From assembly GCA_965205025.1 (NCBI GenBank), contig CBDBFU010000014.1, positions 128,001 to 192,000 on the forward strand: 64,000 nt of DNA, in the 5' to 3' direction. The stretch comes from Candidatus Poribacteria bacterium (GTDB lineage Bacteria > Poribacteria > WGA-4E > WGA-3G). The notes under the pieces are model-generated. The model saw only the letters and a program-made list of their open reading frames with translations. It was not told where the DNA came from and did no database searches. Positions 32,719 to 43,239 of this stretch are shown here, in pieces. Position 1 is the first letter of the stretch, and each line of letters begins with the position of its first letter. A program made the translations under genes and the position numbers.

Positions 32719-33348
32719 CAATAAATATAGACAGTCCTTATTATAAATTAATACATCTCCATAAATATCCCTCTATTACTTCCCTGATATTTATTTGTTT
32801 ATTCATTTCAAACCCAGTTGTATACTCAGATAATATCCTACAACGGTGGGATCAAGATCTTTTTAATCGAATTTACGATGCACCACCCCATAGTGAACCA
32901 TTGTGGACTGGAATGGAAATAACCACAGAATTTGGACACTACCGTGCAGTCATGGGGTGCTCTATTTTGCTTATGGCGTACGGTAATGAAGACCATCGAA
33001 ATACTGGACGACTTGTCACTTCGGCATACTTAGGGGCATGTGTTGTAACATACGGAATGAAACACCTGATTGGTAGAAAACGTCCACTTGATACTACTTT
33101 GGGGAGTCCAGCAATGCCATCAGGACATGCAGCGTTAGCATTTAGTACAGCAACCGATTCTTGGGTGTCGATATCCGAAGTGGCGTATACCCTTATATAT
33201 TGGTGCTGGACTGGTAGGATTCTCACGCATCTATCTTGGAAGACATTATACATCAGACGTGTTAATAGGTGCTGGCATCGGCACAACAATCGGTTTCCTC
33301 GTCTGGAACAACCGCAATGACGTTGTTAAAATGGGAGTTTTTAACTAA
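32712..33348 (+). pseudogene. PAP2 family phosphatase with +1 frameshift near 33155
   Basis: KxxxxxxRP and PSGH in the ORF; SRIYLGRHYTSDV (motif 3) in the shifted frame ending at TAA 33348. Confidence 0.85.
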
Positions 33349-33376
33349 ACAACCTATATTAGTGGGATTCGGATAC

Positions 33377-33616
33377 TTAATTAAGCGTATTTACATTGTT
33401 CTCTGCTTTGGTATAGTCAATAAACTCCAAGGGATTTGTTCCATTCTGATATTCCTCAATATTCGTGTATCTGTCTTTGTCATTATCCTCTAAGGAATTG
33501 GAAGCATCCAAATAATTAAGCTCATATCTCTTTTCCCATTCATTAGGCATTCCATCCTTATCACTTTCAAGTGATGTTGGTAGACTCTTCAATTCTGCCC
33601 AATCACAAACATCTTT
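33377..33616 (-). pseudogene. C-terminal remnant of a pectate-lyase-like protein
   Basis: WAELKS...SDKDGMPNEWE...DNDKDRYTNIEEYQNGTNP Ca-binding tail; no N-terminal domain upstream. Confidence 0.6.
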
Positions 33617-33637
33617 TTGTCAGTCAATAATTCCACT

Positions 33638-33700
33638 AAAATCTCAATTCCAAATAAATCTAATCAGAATCTACCGACTGACAGTAAATTCATCACTACC
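33638..33700. repeat. Degenerate repeat family F, copy 2
   Basis: Similar to 7817-7880. Confidence 0.55.
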
Positions 33701-33942
33701 CTAATCCAGTTTAATTACCCATTATTAGAAACAAAATCTAAAAAATATGAAGAAAACACCCATAAAATAACATCTAACATACATATATCACAAAAAGCAT
33801 AAAAGATTATAGGTTAGTACACAAACTAAAAACTGTAAACTCATAAATAAGAACTAATGACTATCTTTAAAAACGATCCTAATTACGGAATCTTATATAC
33901 GTCAAAAAAGCATACCTTAATCCACACTTAAGTTGTATAATA

Positions 33943-34072
33943 GTTAACAAATGTGATTCGCGGAGAATTGATGCATTTAAAATTATAAACCCTTATAGAA
34001 TAAGGATTCGCAAAATTGCTCCGTGAAGGTTTCCGTGAAAGGACAACCATCTCAAAACAAAAAATATTAACA
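33943..34072. repeat. 130-bp element (family C), copy 2
   Basis: Collinear with the copies at 8241 and 51875. Confidence 0.9.
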
Positions 34073-34124
34073 CTTATTGACATATATGTCCAGCGTTACA
34101 TGTTGGGTTGGCAATTCCCGCCAC

Positions 34125-34153
34125 TTGACACACCCCCATTCCCATGCTATCCT
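34125..34153 (+). promoter_or_regulatory. Putative promoter of the R-M operon
   Basis: TTGACA-N17-TATCCT with an extended-10 TG. Confidence 0.6.
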
Positions 34154-34193
34154 TACTAAACAAATCAAGGACAACTTGTAGGTAAAAATATCT

Positions 34194-35333
34194 ATGAGAA
34201 CTACACATAAGATCCTTTTTCAAGATTCACGTGAGTTGAAGGAAATTCCATCAGAAAGTGTTGATCTTGTGGTCACCTCGCCACCTTATCCTATGATAGC
34301 GATGTGGGATGAAATGTTTGGCAATCAGAATCCAGACATTCAGGATGCGTTAACAAGTGGCAGTGGAAATCAGGCTTATGCGTTGATGCATGAAATTCTC
34401 GATTCTGTCTGGGATGAAGTCTTTAGAGTTTTAAAAAACGGCAGATTTGCATGTATTAACATAGGGGATGCAACGAGGACGGTAGAAGGTAATTTTTGTT
34501 TGTATCCGAATCACGCAAGAATCTTGACTTATCTATTAAAGATAGGGTTTTTAGCTCTACCTGATATCCTTTGGCGAAAACAGGCAAACACACCAAACAA
34601 GTTCATGGGTTCGGGGATGCTCCCCGCGGGTGCTTATGTTACGTTAGAACATGAATATATTCTGATTGTAAGAAAAGGTCCTAAAAGGATATTTAATTCA
34701 GAAAAAGAAAAACAAAACAGACGTGAAAGTGCGTTGTTTTGGGAAGAAAGGAACGTCTGGTATTCAGATATTTGGTTTGATCTTAAGGGAACTACGCAGA
34801 AACTTAATAAAACATCAAGGGATAGAAGTGGGGCATATCCTTTTGAATTGGCTTATAGACTTATAAACATGTATTCAGCAAAGAATGATGTAATATTAGA
34901 CCCATTTTTAGGGACTGGTACAACAACTGCTGCGGCGATGGCATCAGGACGAAATAGTATCGGTGTTGAAATTGATGAGAGTTTTCGACAGTCAATAGAT
35001 CCAATTGCTTGTGAAATTATTCAATTTTCAAATGATTATATACATGACAGAATAATAAGACATTTTGAGTTTGTCAATGAACGTCTCCAAAGTTCAAAAC
35101 CCTTGAAATATAAGAATAAATATTACAGATGTCCAGTGGTGACAAGTCAAGAACAACATATAATTGTGAATTTCCTAAAAGAAGCTCAAACGAATAAAAG
35201 CGATATTTTTGATGTTTCATATTCACCGGAACCAGGTCCATTAGTTTTTGATGACTATGCTCTAACTAAATCTAATGAAAAGATGCAATCTATTAAAAAG
35301 CAAAATCAACTGAATATATTTGATATGCAATGA
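34194..35333 (+). CDS. DNA (probably N4-cytosine) methyltransferase, beta class
   Basis: TSPPY precedes DPFLGTGTT. Confidence 0.92.
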   Translation: MRTTHKILFQDSRELKEIPSESVDLVVTSPPYPMIAMWDEMFGNQNPDIQDALTSGSGNQAYALMHEILDSVWDEVFRVLKNGRFACINIGDATRTVEGNFCLYPNHARILTYLLKIGFLALPDILWRKQANTPNKFMGSGMLPAGAYVTLEHEYILIVRKGPKRIFNSEKEKQNRRESALFWEERNVWYSDIWFDLKGTTQKLNKTSRDRSGAYPFELAYRLINMYSAKNDVILDPFLGTGTTTAAAMASGRNSIGVEIDESFRQSIDPIACEIIQFSNDYIHDRIIRHFEFVNERLQSSKPLKYKNKYYRCPVVTSQEQHIIVNFLKEAQTNKSDIFDVSYSPEPGPLVFDDYALTKSNEKMQSIKKQNQLNIFDMQ

Positions 35334-35357
35334 GTTGAAATTATTAGAGAGCAGCGT

Positions 35358-35944
35358 ATGAAAATAAAACTGAGTAATGATGAGATTCAGGAGTATGTGA
35401 TTAAAGCACCAACATACGAATTTCCAAAGTATACGACACAAATAATGAATCTTACTAATCAAAATTCACAAGCCACGCGCCCAAAAAATGTTGGACAAAT
35501 GACTGATTTAATCCAAGAATTTCCAGGACAAACTTTTGACGAATGGGTTCAATGGTATCAAGAAAGATATCCGAATGCAATTGATGAGGCTACTGAAAAA
35601 ATAATACAGATGGTAGAAACCTTAAAGAAGCATTCATCAAAATTGACCGTGAGATGGTTAGGACGTGGGTTGAAGATTTGATACTTGTTAAAACATACAC
35701 AGGACTTAGATTTCAGGAAGCAATTCTGCGAAAGTTATCAGAAATCAAAGGTTGTGATTACCGTCTAGCAGAACCTTCTGAAGAATCCCAAGGGATTGAT
35801 GGTTTCGTAGGTGAAGATGCATATTCCATTAAACCAAATACGTATGAAGTAATGCCGTTTCTATCTGAATCGATTGATATTAAAATGATCTTTTACGAAA
35901 AGAAGAGGGATGGTGTTGTGTTTGAAATTCAAGAAGATGAATGA
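35358..35944 (+). pseudogene. MjaI-family restriction endonuclease, frameshifted near 35618
   Basis: FPKYTTQIMNL...ATRPKNVGQM..LIQEF, then WVEDL...EESQGIDGF...SIKP in a second frame; restoring one A in gaaa(a)cctt joins them. Confidence 0.8.
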
Positions 35945-35988
35945 ACTATTGAAGAAAGAAATGAAGCATAATAAAGTGATAGAATCTT

Positions 35989-36654
35989 ATGAAAATGCAG
36001 AATTTCGTTGCAGAATTTGTCGGCACCTTCGCGCTAATCTTTATCGGTGCAGGCGCGTTAGCAATTGATAAAGGAGGATTATTAGAGGTTGCACTTGCAC
36101 ACGGGTTCGTGATTATAGGGTATGTGTATGCCTACGGACATATCTCAGGTACACATATTAACCCTGCTGTGACGCTTGGATTTTTGGTAGCAGGTGAAAT
36201 TCGATTTGGTGCAGCCATAGGATATTGGATTGTTCAGTTTGCTGGTGGAATTTTAGGGGCGTTCGTACTTAAAGGAATGTTACCGGTGGACGGTGATTTA
36301 GGAGTCACTATTTTGGCGGAGAATGTATCCGTAACCCAAGGACTCTTTGTTGAAATCGTGCTGACCTTCTTCCTCGTCAATACGATTTTCAATACTGCAG
36401 TAAGTGGTAAAGTTGGAAACTTTGCTGGACTCGCCATAGGGTTAACTTTAGTTGCTTGCATCCTGATGGGTGGACCGTTGACGCGTGCTTCACTGAATCC
36501 TGCCCGGACGCTGGGACCTGCTATCGCAGCCGGTGCTGAACATGCTCAGTGGGGTAACATCTGGCTTTATTTTGTCGGTCCTTTTATAGGAGCAGTGCTC
36601 GCAGCACTTCTCTATATCGGTGTTTTGAAAGATAAAGGAACTGAAACTGAATAG
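35989..36654 (+). CDS. Aquaporin (MIP family)
   Basis: AEFVGTF, HINPAVT and SLNPAR (two NPA boxes). Confidence 0.95.
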   Translation: MKMQNFVAEFVGTFALIFIGAGALAIDKGGLLEVALAHGFVIIGYVYAYGHISGTHINPAVTLGFLVAGEIRFGAAIGYWIVQFAGGILGAFVLKGMLPVDGDLGVTILAENVSVTQGLFVEIVLTFFLVNTIFNTAVSGKVGNFAGLAIGLTLVACILMGGPLTRASLNPARTLGPAIAAGAEHAQWGNIWLYFVGPFIGAVLAALLYIGVLKDKGTETE

Positions 36655-36683
36655 TTGATAATTTAATGTGAGTTGGGTAGTTA

Positions 36684-36798
36684 TACCATTTCTATTTAAA
36701 TAGTTCACATTATGAATACTCTTAGTAGTCCCCCTGATAAGGGGGATTTAGGGGGTTTCTTTAAGTTAATAATGGGCGATCATTATTTAGAAATGGTA
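36684..36798. mobile_element. MITE family A carrying a G/C-run palindrome
   Basis: TIR taccatttcta/tagaaatggta, TTA TSD, cargo tccccctgataagggggatttagggggt. Confidence 0.8.
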
Positions 36799-36962
36799 TT
36801 AGATTGAATATAGATAATGCTATAGAGGCTTCGGTGGTGATTCCCTACGGGATTTATCAAATTGACATTAATTTAAAATAAAACTGGTTGATGCCTTTTA
36901 AGCATCAACCTTACTTTTTTACTATTGCAAGGCACAGAGTCCTTGCAATACAATACGGTGGA

Positions 36963-37658
36963 TTAAGCCTCAACGTTGATCGGAATTTCCGTTGGTTTAG
37001 CCTCTTCAGTTTTCGGAATCTCAATAGTCAAAACACCATTCTCGAATTCGGCTTTTATATCATCAGTTTTCGCATTTGGTGGAAGTGGGAGTACCCGTTT
37101 AAAACTCCCATATCGTAATTCCGACCGGCGTGGGTGTTGTGTTTCATCTGCCTGCTTCCGCTCCTTCTTCCCTTTTACCTTCAATAAATCGTCAGTTACA
37201 GTAATACTAACATCGTTTTGTGAAATGCCAGGAAGTTCAACTATCACTTCATACCTATCTTCAGAAACAGAAAACTCAATGGGTGGATGCCAATTGTTTT
37301 TTCCTCTTTTCGTTTTTCCCTCACGAAACGCGAACCTCTTGTCAAAAACGTGCCGCCTCCGATTGTGATGCCAGAAAAAATCTTGCATTGGATGATGTGG
37401 TCTGAAGTTTCCTTGTGCTGAACGGCGGCGATTTCTCCTACCTCTCGGTGGACGATGTTCCCAATTTTCACGTGATACGAATGGTCGGTGTCGTCGTGGA
37501 CTTCTTACTTGTGATTGTGGTCCCTGTCTTCCACCCTCAGTCTGTTGCAAACGGTGACGAGGTCTCCTATTCTGTCCGGGACCTCTACCTTGTGCCGGAC
37601 GACTTCTCCGTGGCCCTTGGAAAGCACCTCTTGGACCGGGTTGTGGTCTATTTCTCAT
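36963..37658 (-). CDS. Hsp20/alpha-crystallin small heat-shock protein with Arg-rich N-terminal extension
   Basis: ELPGI, ELRYGSFKRVLPLP and AEFENGVLTIEIPK motifs; GGAG RBS precedes ATG 37658. Confidence 0.85.
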   Translation of the reverse strand: MRNRPQPGPRGAFQGPRRSRPAQGRGPGQNRRPRHRLQQTEGGRQGPQSQVRSPRRHRPFVSRENWEHRPPRGRRNRRRSAQGNFRPHHPMQDFFWHHNRRRHVFDKRFAFREGKTKRGKNNWHPPIEFSVSEDRYEVIVELPGISQNDVSITVTDDLLKVKGKKERKQADETQHPRRSELRYGSFKRVLPLPPNAKTDDIKAEFENGVLTIEIPKTEEAKPTEIPINVEA

Positions 37659-38030
37659 TTCAATTCTCCATTTCTAATCTTATATTCTAAATTATTCTCT
37701 TTTTCATTAGTATTTGACCACTATACTTATGAAATGTTCGAAATAAGTGATGCAAAGTTAACAGGACATGTATAATCAATTACGGAATTAGTCGTTTTAG
37801 ACTTGGTAAAATATTTAAAAAGTGCGATAATCCCTCGTATTGATTGGGTTTATATGGTATAAGAGATAAGAAAATAGGGGGCTGTAACCCCCTAATTGAA
37901 CACAAAAAACGAGTTATTTTCTGATATTCTCACTTATCTACATTGTATAAGAATCCGTCAGAAAAATCAACTTATTACGGAGTATCTGATGGATTGATTA
38001 AGATTATGGAGATGTTCCCAACCCAAAGAA

Positions 38031-38123
38031 TCGAGGATTGGAATCCCCTCCTATAGAAGAGAAGATCAGGGATTCGAAACCCCTACTACAGATGAGGATA
38101 ACGGGTGTGGAAATCCCATACAG
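38031..38123 (-). repeat. Three degenerate tandem REP-like units
   Basis: tcgaggattggaatcccctcctata / tcagggattcgaaacccctactaca / acgggtgtggaaatcccataca. Confidence 0.55.
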
Positions 38124-38192
38124 AAGGTTTTCTTATTTTTGTTTTCTTTATTGCTTGTGTCAACAGAATTATCATGTTAAAATATCATTTGT

Positions 38193-39575
38193 ATGAATTC
38201 AAATGATACAGAATATATACATAGAAAGTTCCAATCTTTCCTTGGTGACCGTTATATTACCGATACTTTCGTTCGTACATCTCATGCTAAGGATGCATCA
38301 TACCACGAAGGGGAACCACCATTTGCAGTTGCTTTTCCTCAGACAAACAGCGAGGTATCGGAAGTTGTAAAGGTCTGTTCAGAATATAAAATACCCATTA
38401 TTCCATTTGGTGCCGGTACAGGAGTAGAAGGGGCAGTTACGTCCAATGATAACAGTCTATGTATATCTACAATGAGGATGAATAGGATTCTCCGTGTGGA
38501 ACAGGATGATAAAGATGCGACTGTACAGTCAGGTGTGACTCGACTACAGTTAAATAATCATCTTTCAGAAATTGGTAGTCAACTTCATTTTCCGGTTGAT
38601 CCTGGTGCTGATGCATCAATTGGGGGTATGGCTGCAACCCGTGCGTCAGGAACGAGTGCTGTTTTATACGGTACGATGGTGGAAAATATACTCGGTTTGA
38701 CTGTAATAACGTCTGACGGGTCGATTGTTAAAACTGGAGGAAGAGCAAAGAAGTCATCTGCCGGTTATGACCTTACTCGATTGTTTATCGGTTCAGAAGG
38801 AACATTAGGTATAATTACTGAGATTATTGTGAAATTAGTTCGTCAACCAGAATCTGTTGCTGCAGCGGTTTGTGCATTTTCGTCTATTGAGGATGCTGTA
38901 AATACAGTTATAGAGGTTAATAATACAGGTATTAATATCGCACGGATTGAGTTATTAGATGAAAATCAGATGGTAGCAGTTAATAAGTATTCTGGATCTG
39001 ATTATGAAATAACCCCTACACTCTTTTTTGAGTTTCACGGAACTATTAACCATGTTGAGGAAAATTCAGAATCGTTAGGACGGATTGCAACTTCTCATGG
39101 TGGTAAGAATTTTCAGTGGACATCTGAGGAAAAGGATCGAAAACGACTATGGCAGGCGCGATATGATTGTTATTATGCATCACTGAATTTACGTCCTGGA
39201 TCAGTAGGATATGTAACTGATGTATGTGTACCTATCTCCAATTTGGCAGCATGTATATCACAAACAAGAACAGTGTTGAGTAGATCGAACCTTTTATACA
39301 CCATATTGGGACATGTTGGAGATGGTAATTTCCATGTTGTTTTTCCACTTGAATCAGGAAATGAGGATGAATTGGCAGAAGCACGAAGACTGAGTTTGCA
39401 AATTGTAGAAATTGCCTTAATGATGGAAGGAACATGTACAGGTGAACATGGTATTGGAATAGGGAAACGCGAGGCATTACTGAAGGAGCATGAAGAAGGA
39501 GTAGGTCTCATGCGGACAATTAAACAAGCATTAGATCCATATAATCTGATGAATCCTGGCAAAGTGTTTAATTAA
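38193..39575 (+). CDS. FAD-linked oxidase (D-lactate dehydrogenase/GlcD family)
   Basis: FPVDPG, SSAGYDL, GSEGTLG, GHVGDGNFH, GEHGIG and NPGK motifs. Confidence 0.92.
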   Translation: MNSNDTEYIHRKFQSFLGDRYITDTFVRTSHAKDASYHEGEPPFAVAFPQTNSEVSEVVKVCSEYKIPIIPFGAGTGVEGAVTSNDNSLCISTMRMNRILRVEQDDKDATVQSGVTRLQLNNHLSEIGSQLHFPVDPGADASIGGMAATRASGTSAVLYGTMVENILGLTVITSDGSIVKTGGRAKKSSAGYDLTRLFIGSEGTLGIITEIIVKLVRQPESVAAAVCAFSSIEDAVNTVIEVNNTGINIARIELLDENQMVAVNKYSGSDYEITPTLFFEFHGTINHVEENSESLGRIATSHGGKNFQWTSEEKDRKRLWQARYDCYYASLNLRPGSVGYVTDVCVPISNLAACISQTRTVLSRSNLLYTILGHVGDGNFHVVFPLESGNEDELAEARRLSLQIVEIALMMEGTCTGEHGIGIGKREALLKEHEEGVGLMRTIKQALDPYNLMNPGKVFN

Positions 39576-39580
39576 TTACA

Positions 39581-40670
39581 CAGGACTTACGCAAAATTAC
39601 AAAATGTGTTATTCTTATTGATTATGAACACATTTACACATTCTAAAAAGAAGCAAGACTTATTTTCCGATTATTGTCAATATTTGTTTTCAAGTTTTAC
39701 TAATTTTACACAAACTTATTTTGCTAAACATACAGACCGTTGGAGCCACGATCAACTCAATCGCTTTCTGAGAGACGAAAACATTCCTACAAGTGAACTC
39801 TGGGCATCCGTCAAAGACGACATCGACTTTGATGAAGAAGGATACCTGATTTTTGATGATGTTGTGCTGTCAAAAATACATTCTAAACGGATTGAAATAG
39901 TACGCTCTCAATGGAGTGGTAGTGACAGAAAGGTGATTCAAGGTATCGGTATTGTCACCTGTCTCTATGTCAACCCTAAGACACAGGAATATTGGGTCAT
40001 TGATTACCGTATTTTTGACAGAGATCATGACGGTAAAACCAAAATCGATCATTTATTGGATATGTTGCACGATGCTTATTCTAAGAAACAACTCCCATTC
40101 CGGACAGTCTTGATGGACTCTTGGTATGCGTCCATGAAAGTGATGAAAGCGATTGATAGACTTTCTAAGATCTATTATGTTCCGTTGAAACGAAACCGTC
40201 TTGTGAATGATACCAAAGGTGTAGAACCTCACAAGGCAGTCAAAGATCTATCTTGGTCTCAAGCAGAAAAGAAAAGCGGTAAACGCGTACATCTCAAAAA
40301 CTTTCCGAAAGGTTCTGTCGTAAAGTTATTCCGGTTTGTGTCTGATACCGGACGCACGGAATATATAGTGACAAACGATTTGACACAATCAAATGTGGAT
40401 ATGACTCACCAAAAGTGTCGTCTCCGTTGGAAGATTGAACTCCTTCATCGTGAGATGAAACAAGTAACCGGTATTGGTAAATGCCAATGTCGTAAGGTGC
40501 GTGCCCAGAGAAATCATATTGCGTGTAGTTTCCAAGTATGGGTCTTTATGACGCGTGTTGTACGTGCTGTTGGACAAAAGATTTACGAGTTTAAAGATGG
40601 TTTATTGAGTGATTACTTAAAACATCAACTCTCAAATCCTTCAATAAAATTTAAAACTGCGTAAGTCCTG
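39581..40670 (+). mobile_element. IS701-family-like insertion sequence, intact
   Basis: 13-bp perfect TIR caggacttacgca/tgcgtaagtcctg; 6-bp TSD attaca at 39575-80 and 40671-76. Confidence 0.93.
39606..40664 (+). CDS. DDE transposase (IS701-like)
   Basis: SHDQLNRFL, LIFDD, VLMDSWY and RWKIExxHRExKQxxG motifs; the stop codon lies in the right TIR; start may be 39624. Confidence 0.9.
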   Translation: MLFLLIMNTFTHSKKKQDLFSDYCQYLFSSFTNFTQTYFAKHTDRWSHDQLNRFLRDENIPTSELWASVKDDIDFDEEGYLIFDDVVLSKIHSKRIEIVRSQWSGSDRKVIQGIGIVTCLYVNPKTQEYWVIDYRIFDRDHDGKTKIDHLLDMLHDAYSKKQLPFRTVLMDSWYASMKVMKAIDRLSKIYYVPLKRNRLVNDTKGVEPHKAVKDLSWSQAEKKSGKRVHLKNFPKGSVVKLFRFVSDTGRTEYIVTNDLTQSNVDMTHQKCRLRWKIELLHREMKQVTGIGKCQCRKVRAQRNHIACSFQVWVFMTRVVRAVGQKIYEFKDGLLSDYLKHQLSNPSIKFKTA

Positions 40671-40851
40671 ATTACATTAAAATTTCAACCATTAGAATAA
40701 TGGAGGTTATATTTCAATGAGAACATAATTAATGGATATCCACATATATCCATACGCTCTAATCATAGTTTAGAGAAATATCTATTAGGATCGAGAACAA
40801 ACAACCATTCCCAAATAATATACAATTCTACTGATTATAAGAGAATATAAA

Positions 40852-41853
40852 ATGTCTAAAGATTGGAAAATATTAATAACTGATTATGCATGGACATCAC
40901 TTGAACCTGAACAAGAAGTCATATCTAAAATTGGAGGTGAATTAATTATAGCTGAATCCGGTTCAGAATCAGAATTGGTGAAATTCGCCCCAATAGTGGA
41001 TGCTATTCTTACTTGTTGGAAACCAGTTCAGGAAAGAGTAATTAATGCGGCAAAAAAATGTCAGATTATCTCCAGATATGGTATAGGTGTTGATAACATA
41101 AACGTAGTAACTGCTACAGAACAAGGAATTATAGTAACGAATGTTCCAACATATTGTGTAGATGAGGTATCAGATCATACTATTGCACTTATGCTTAGTT
41201 GTGTTAGAAAAACCTCTCGTTATAATAGATCAGTCAGATCTGGTAAATGGGATTCATCTATTGGTGAAAAAATGTATCGGTTACGTGGTAAGACATTAGG
41301 TGTTATTGGATTTGGCAATATTGCAAAATCAGTAATTCAGAAGGCTATATCTTTTGGACTTGAAATTAAAGTTTATTCTCCTCGAACATCTGAAAAAGAA
41401 ATAGAAAATCATGGAGCGATAAAGGTCTCGTTTGAGAATCTTCTGAGTGAATCTGATATACTCACGATACATGCCCCATTAACACATGAGACTCATCATA
41501 TGTTTAAATTTCAAGAATTTTGTCAGATGAAAAATTCTGCCTATCTTATTAATACTGCTCGTGGAGGAATCATTGATTCTGGAGCACTTGAAAAAGCATT
41601 AAAATCCGGAGAAATAGCAGGAGCGGGAATTGATGTCTTGGAAGCCGAACCCCCTTATATAGATGAACCCCTTTTATATATGAATAATGTTGTAATAACT
41701 CCTCATGCAGCCTATATGTCTGAGGAATCAATCCATGAATTGCAGATTACTGCTGCAAAATGTGTGGTTGATGTGTTATCTGGACAACTTCCAAAGACGG
41801 TGATTAACCCAACTGTGTTAGAACAATCAAACCTTCGGGCAAATATAACATAA
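40852..41853 (+). CDS. D-isomer 2-hydroxyacid dehydrogenase (CtBP/SerA-like)
   Basis: RYGIGVDN, GVIGFGNIA, INTARG, DVLEAEP and TPHAA motifs. Confidence 0.92.
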   Translation: MSKDWKILITDYAWTSLEPEQEVISKIGGELIIAESGSESELVKFAPIVDAILTCWKPVQERVINAAKKCQIISRYGIGVDNINVVTATEQGIIVTNVPTYCVDEVSDHTIALMLSCVRKTSRYNRSVRSGKWDSSIGEKMYRLRGKTLGVIGFGNIAKSVIQKAISFGLEIKVYSPRTSEKEIENHGAIKVSFENLLSESDILTIHAPLTHETHHMFKFQEFCQMKNSAYLINTARGGIIDSGALEKALKSGEIAGAGIDVLEAEPPYIDEPLLYMNNVVITPHAAYMSEESIHELQITAAKCVVDVLSGQLPKTVINPTVLEQSNLRANIT

Positions 41854-41906
41854 AAGGATAATTCTGGTTATTCGAACAATCATAATTTAAGATTTTGGAG
41901 AACTTA

Positions 41907-43100
41907 ATGGAACAACTTCCTGATGCAACTGGTCATTTCGGACAGTTCGGTGGTAGATATGTCCCTGAAACATTGATGCCAGCGTTATTAGAATTAGAAG
42001 AGGCATACACATCACTAAAGGACAATATTGAATTTCTGAAGGAATTTCAGTATTACCTAAGTGAATATGTCGGACGTCCGAATCCACTGTATTTTGCTGA
42101 ACGGCTCACGAATAATCTCGGGGGTGCCAAGATCTATTTAAAGCGTGAGGACTTAAACCATACTGGTGCCCATAAAATCAATAGTGCAATTGGACAAATC
42201 TTGTTAGCAAGATGGATGGGAAAGAGACGTATTATTGCTGAGACAGGAGCTGGACAACATGGTGTAGCCACAGCAACAGTTGCAGCAAAGTTTGATATGG
42301 AATGTGAAGTATATATGGGTGAGGAGGACATTGAAAGACAATCACTCAACGTATTTCGTATGCAACTGATGGGTACGAAGGTGGTTCCGGTAGATACAGG
42401 TTCTCGTACCTTGAAAGATGCAATCAATGCATGTTTCCGAGATTGGGTTACTAATGTCCGGACGACGTACATGTTACTTGGATCTGTAGTTGGAGCACAT
42501 CCTTATCCAATGATTGTAAGAGATTTTCAAGCTGTAATTGGAGATGAAGCAAGAACGCAGATATTAGAACAGACAGGTGAACTCCCTGACTGTGTGGTGG
42601 CTTGTGTTGGTGGAGGAAGTAATTCACTCGGGATGTTCTATCCATTTTATCATGATGAGTCTGTTGAACTCATAGGGGTTGAGGCTGCTGGTGAAAGTAT
42701 AAGCAGTGGAAGACATGCTGCCCCACTTACAGCAGGAACTGTTGGTGTATTTCATGGAGCAAAGTGTTATCTTCTACAGGAGGAAGATGGACAGATTACT
42801 CCAGCTCATTCAATTTCTGCAGGATTGGATTACCCTGGTGTTGGTCCTGAACATAGCTATTATCGGGAAACTGGAAGAGCAGAATATGTTCCAATTACTG
42901 ATAAACAGGCAGTTGAAGGTTTTCAACTATTATCTGAAACTGAAGGTATTATTCCCGCATTAGAATCTGCTCATGCCATTGCTTATATACGGGATCTCGC
43001 ACCAAAACTTGGAAAAGATAAGACTATTTTAGTTTGTCTCTCCGGTCGTGGTGATAAGGATGTGTATACGATTGCTAAAGAATTAGGGATAAGTTTGTAA
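41907..43100 (+). CDS. trpB: Tryptophan synthase beta chain
   Basis: [30 protein letters not shown] and SGRGDKD motifs. Confidence 0.97.
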   Translation: MEQLPDATGHFGQFGGRYVPETLMPALLELEEAYTSLKDNIEFLKEFQYYLSEYVGRPNPLYFAERLTNNLGGAKIYLKREDLNHTGAHKINSAIGQILLARWMGKRRIIAETGAGQHGVATATVAAKFDMECEVYMGEEDIERQSLNVFRMQLMGTKVVPVDTGSRTLKDAINACFRDWVTNVRTTYMLLGSVVGAHPYPMIVRDFQAVIGDEARTQILEQTGELPDCVVACVGGGSNSLGMFYPFYHDESVELIGVEAAGESISSGRHAAPLTAGTVGVFHGAKCYLLQEEDGQITPAHSISAGLDYPGVGPEHSYYRETGRAEYVPITDKQAVEGFQLLSETEGIIPALESAHAIAYIRDLAPKLGKDKTILVCLSGRGDKDVYTIAKELGISL

Positions 43101-43239
43101 TTTGATCATTCAGTATCCGTTAACGTGTGTATGAGAATAAGTGTGGTATCCTAAAACATTACACACCCTCTTATTACCATTGCAAGCGAAATTTGAAAGT
43201 GCTATAATACGGTATATTTCCAGTTAAGCAGGATGCATT

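Noticed and set aside
37781-37958. Possible element with acggaat/aatccgt ends
   Set aside because: TIR is short and imperfect, no TSD, and no clear second full copy.
41907-43100. trpB without adjacent trpA as a novelty
   Set aside because: Dispersed trp genes are common, and trpA may lie outside the window.
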